Shown here: positions 21,335 to 22,680 of the stretch, in pieces
Position numbering within the stretch: position 1 is the first letter of the stretch
Layout of the letters: each line of letters starts with the position of its first letter
NCBI GenBank assembly: GCA_021432655.1
Contig: MU271255.1
Coordinates: forward strand, 62,001-84,680
Reading direction: 5' to 3'
From: Atractiella rhizophila
Lineage: Eukaryota
Length of the DNA stretch: 22,680 nt
Notes under the pieces: model-generated
Seen by the model: the letters and a program-made list of their open reading frames with translations, nothing else
Database searches by the model: none
Told to the model about the DNA's origin: nothing
Program-made: the position numbers and the translations under genes

Positions 21335-22680
<1,346 letters not shown>

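Overview
Eukaryotic, almost certainly fungal DNA. Many 45-80 nt GT-AG introns with CTRAY-type branch points suggest a basidiomycete (inference). Conserved genes flank the window: the 5' end of a probable RING-finger gene at the left edge (minus strand), and an alpha-glucoside/maltose-type MFS permease plus the 3' part of the CDC7 kinase at the right. Between them lies about 16 kb of labile sequence holding an MDR enoyl-reductase-like oxidoreductase, a 13-exon DUF6534-like membrane protein with a 5-nt microexon, and a cluster of intronless F-box/LRR genes at every stage of decay (one intact, one truncated duplicate, one frameshifted paralog and three or four older relics). Two partial tandem duplications (about 1.85 kb and 1.15 kb) each copy a promoter and gene 5' end. 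The first has near-identical arms around a strongly diverged core. Several signals could be assembly or haplotype artefacts: a 25-N gap flanked by a perfect 57-bp repeat, a homopolymer-smeared segment, and possibly the duplications themselves. All identities were estimated by eye and no searches were run.
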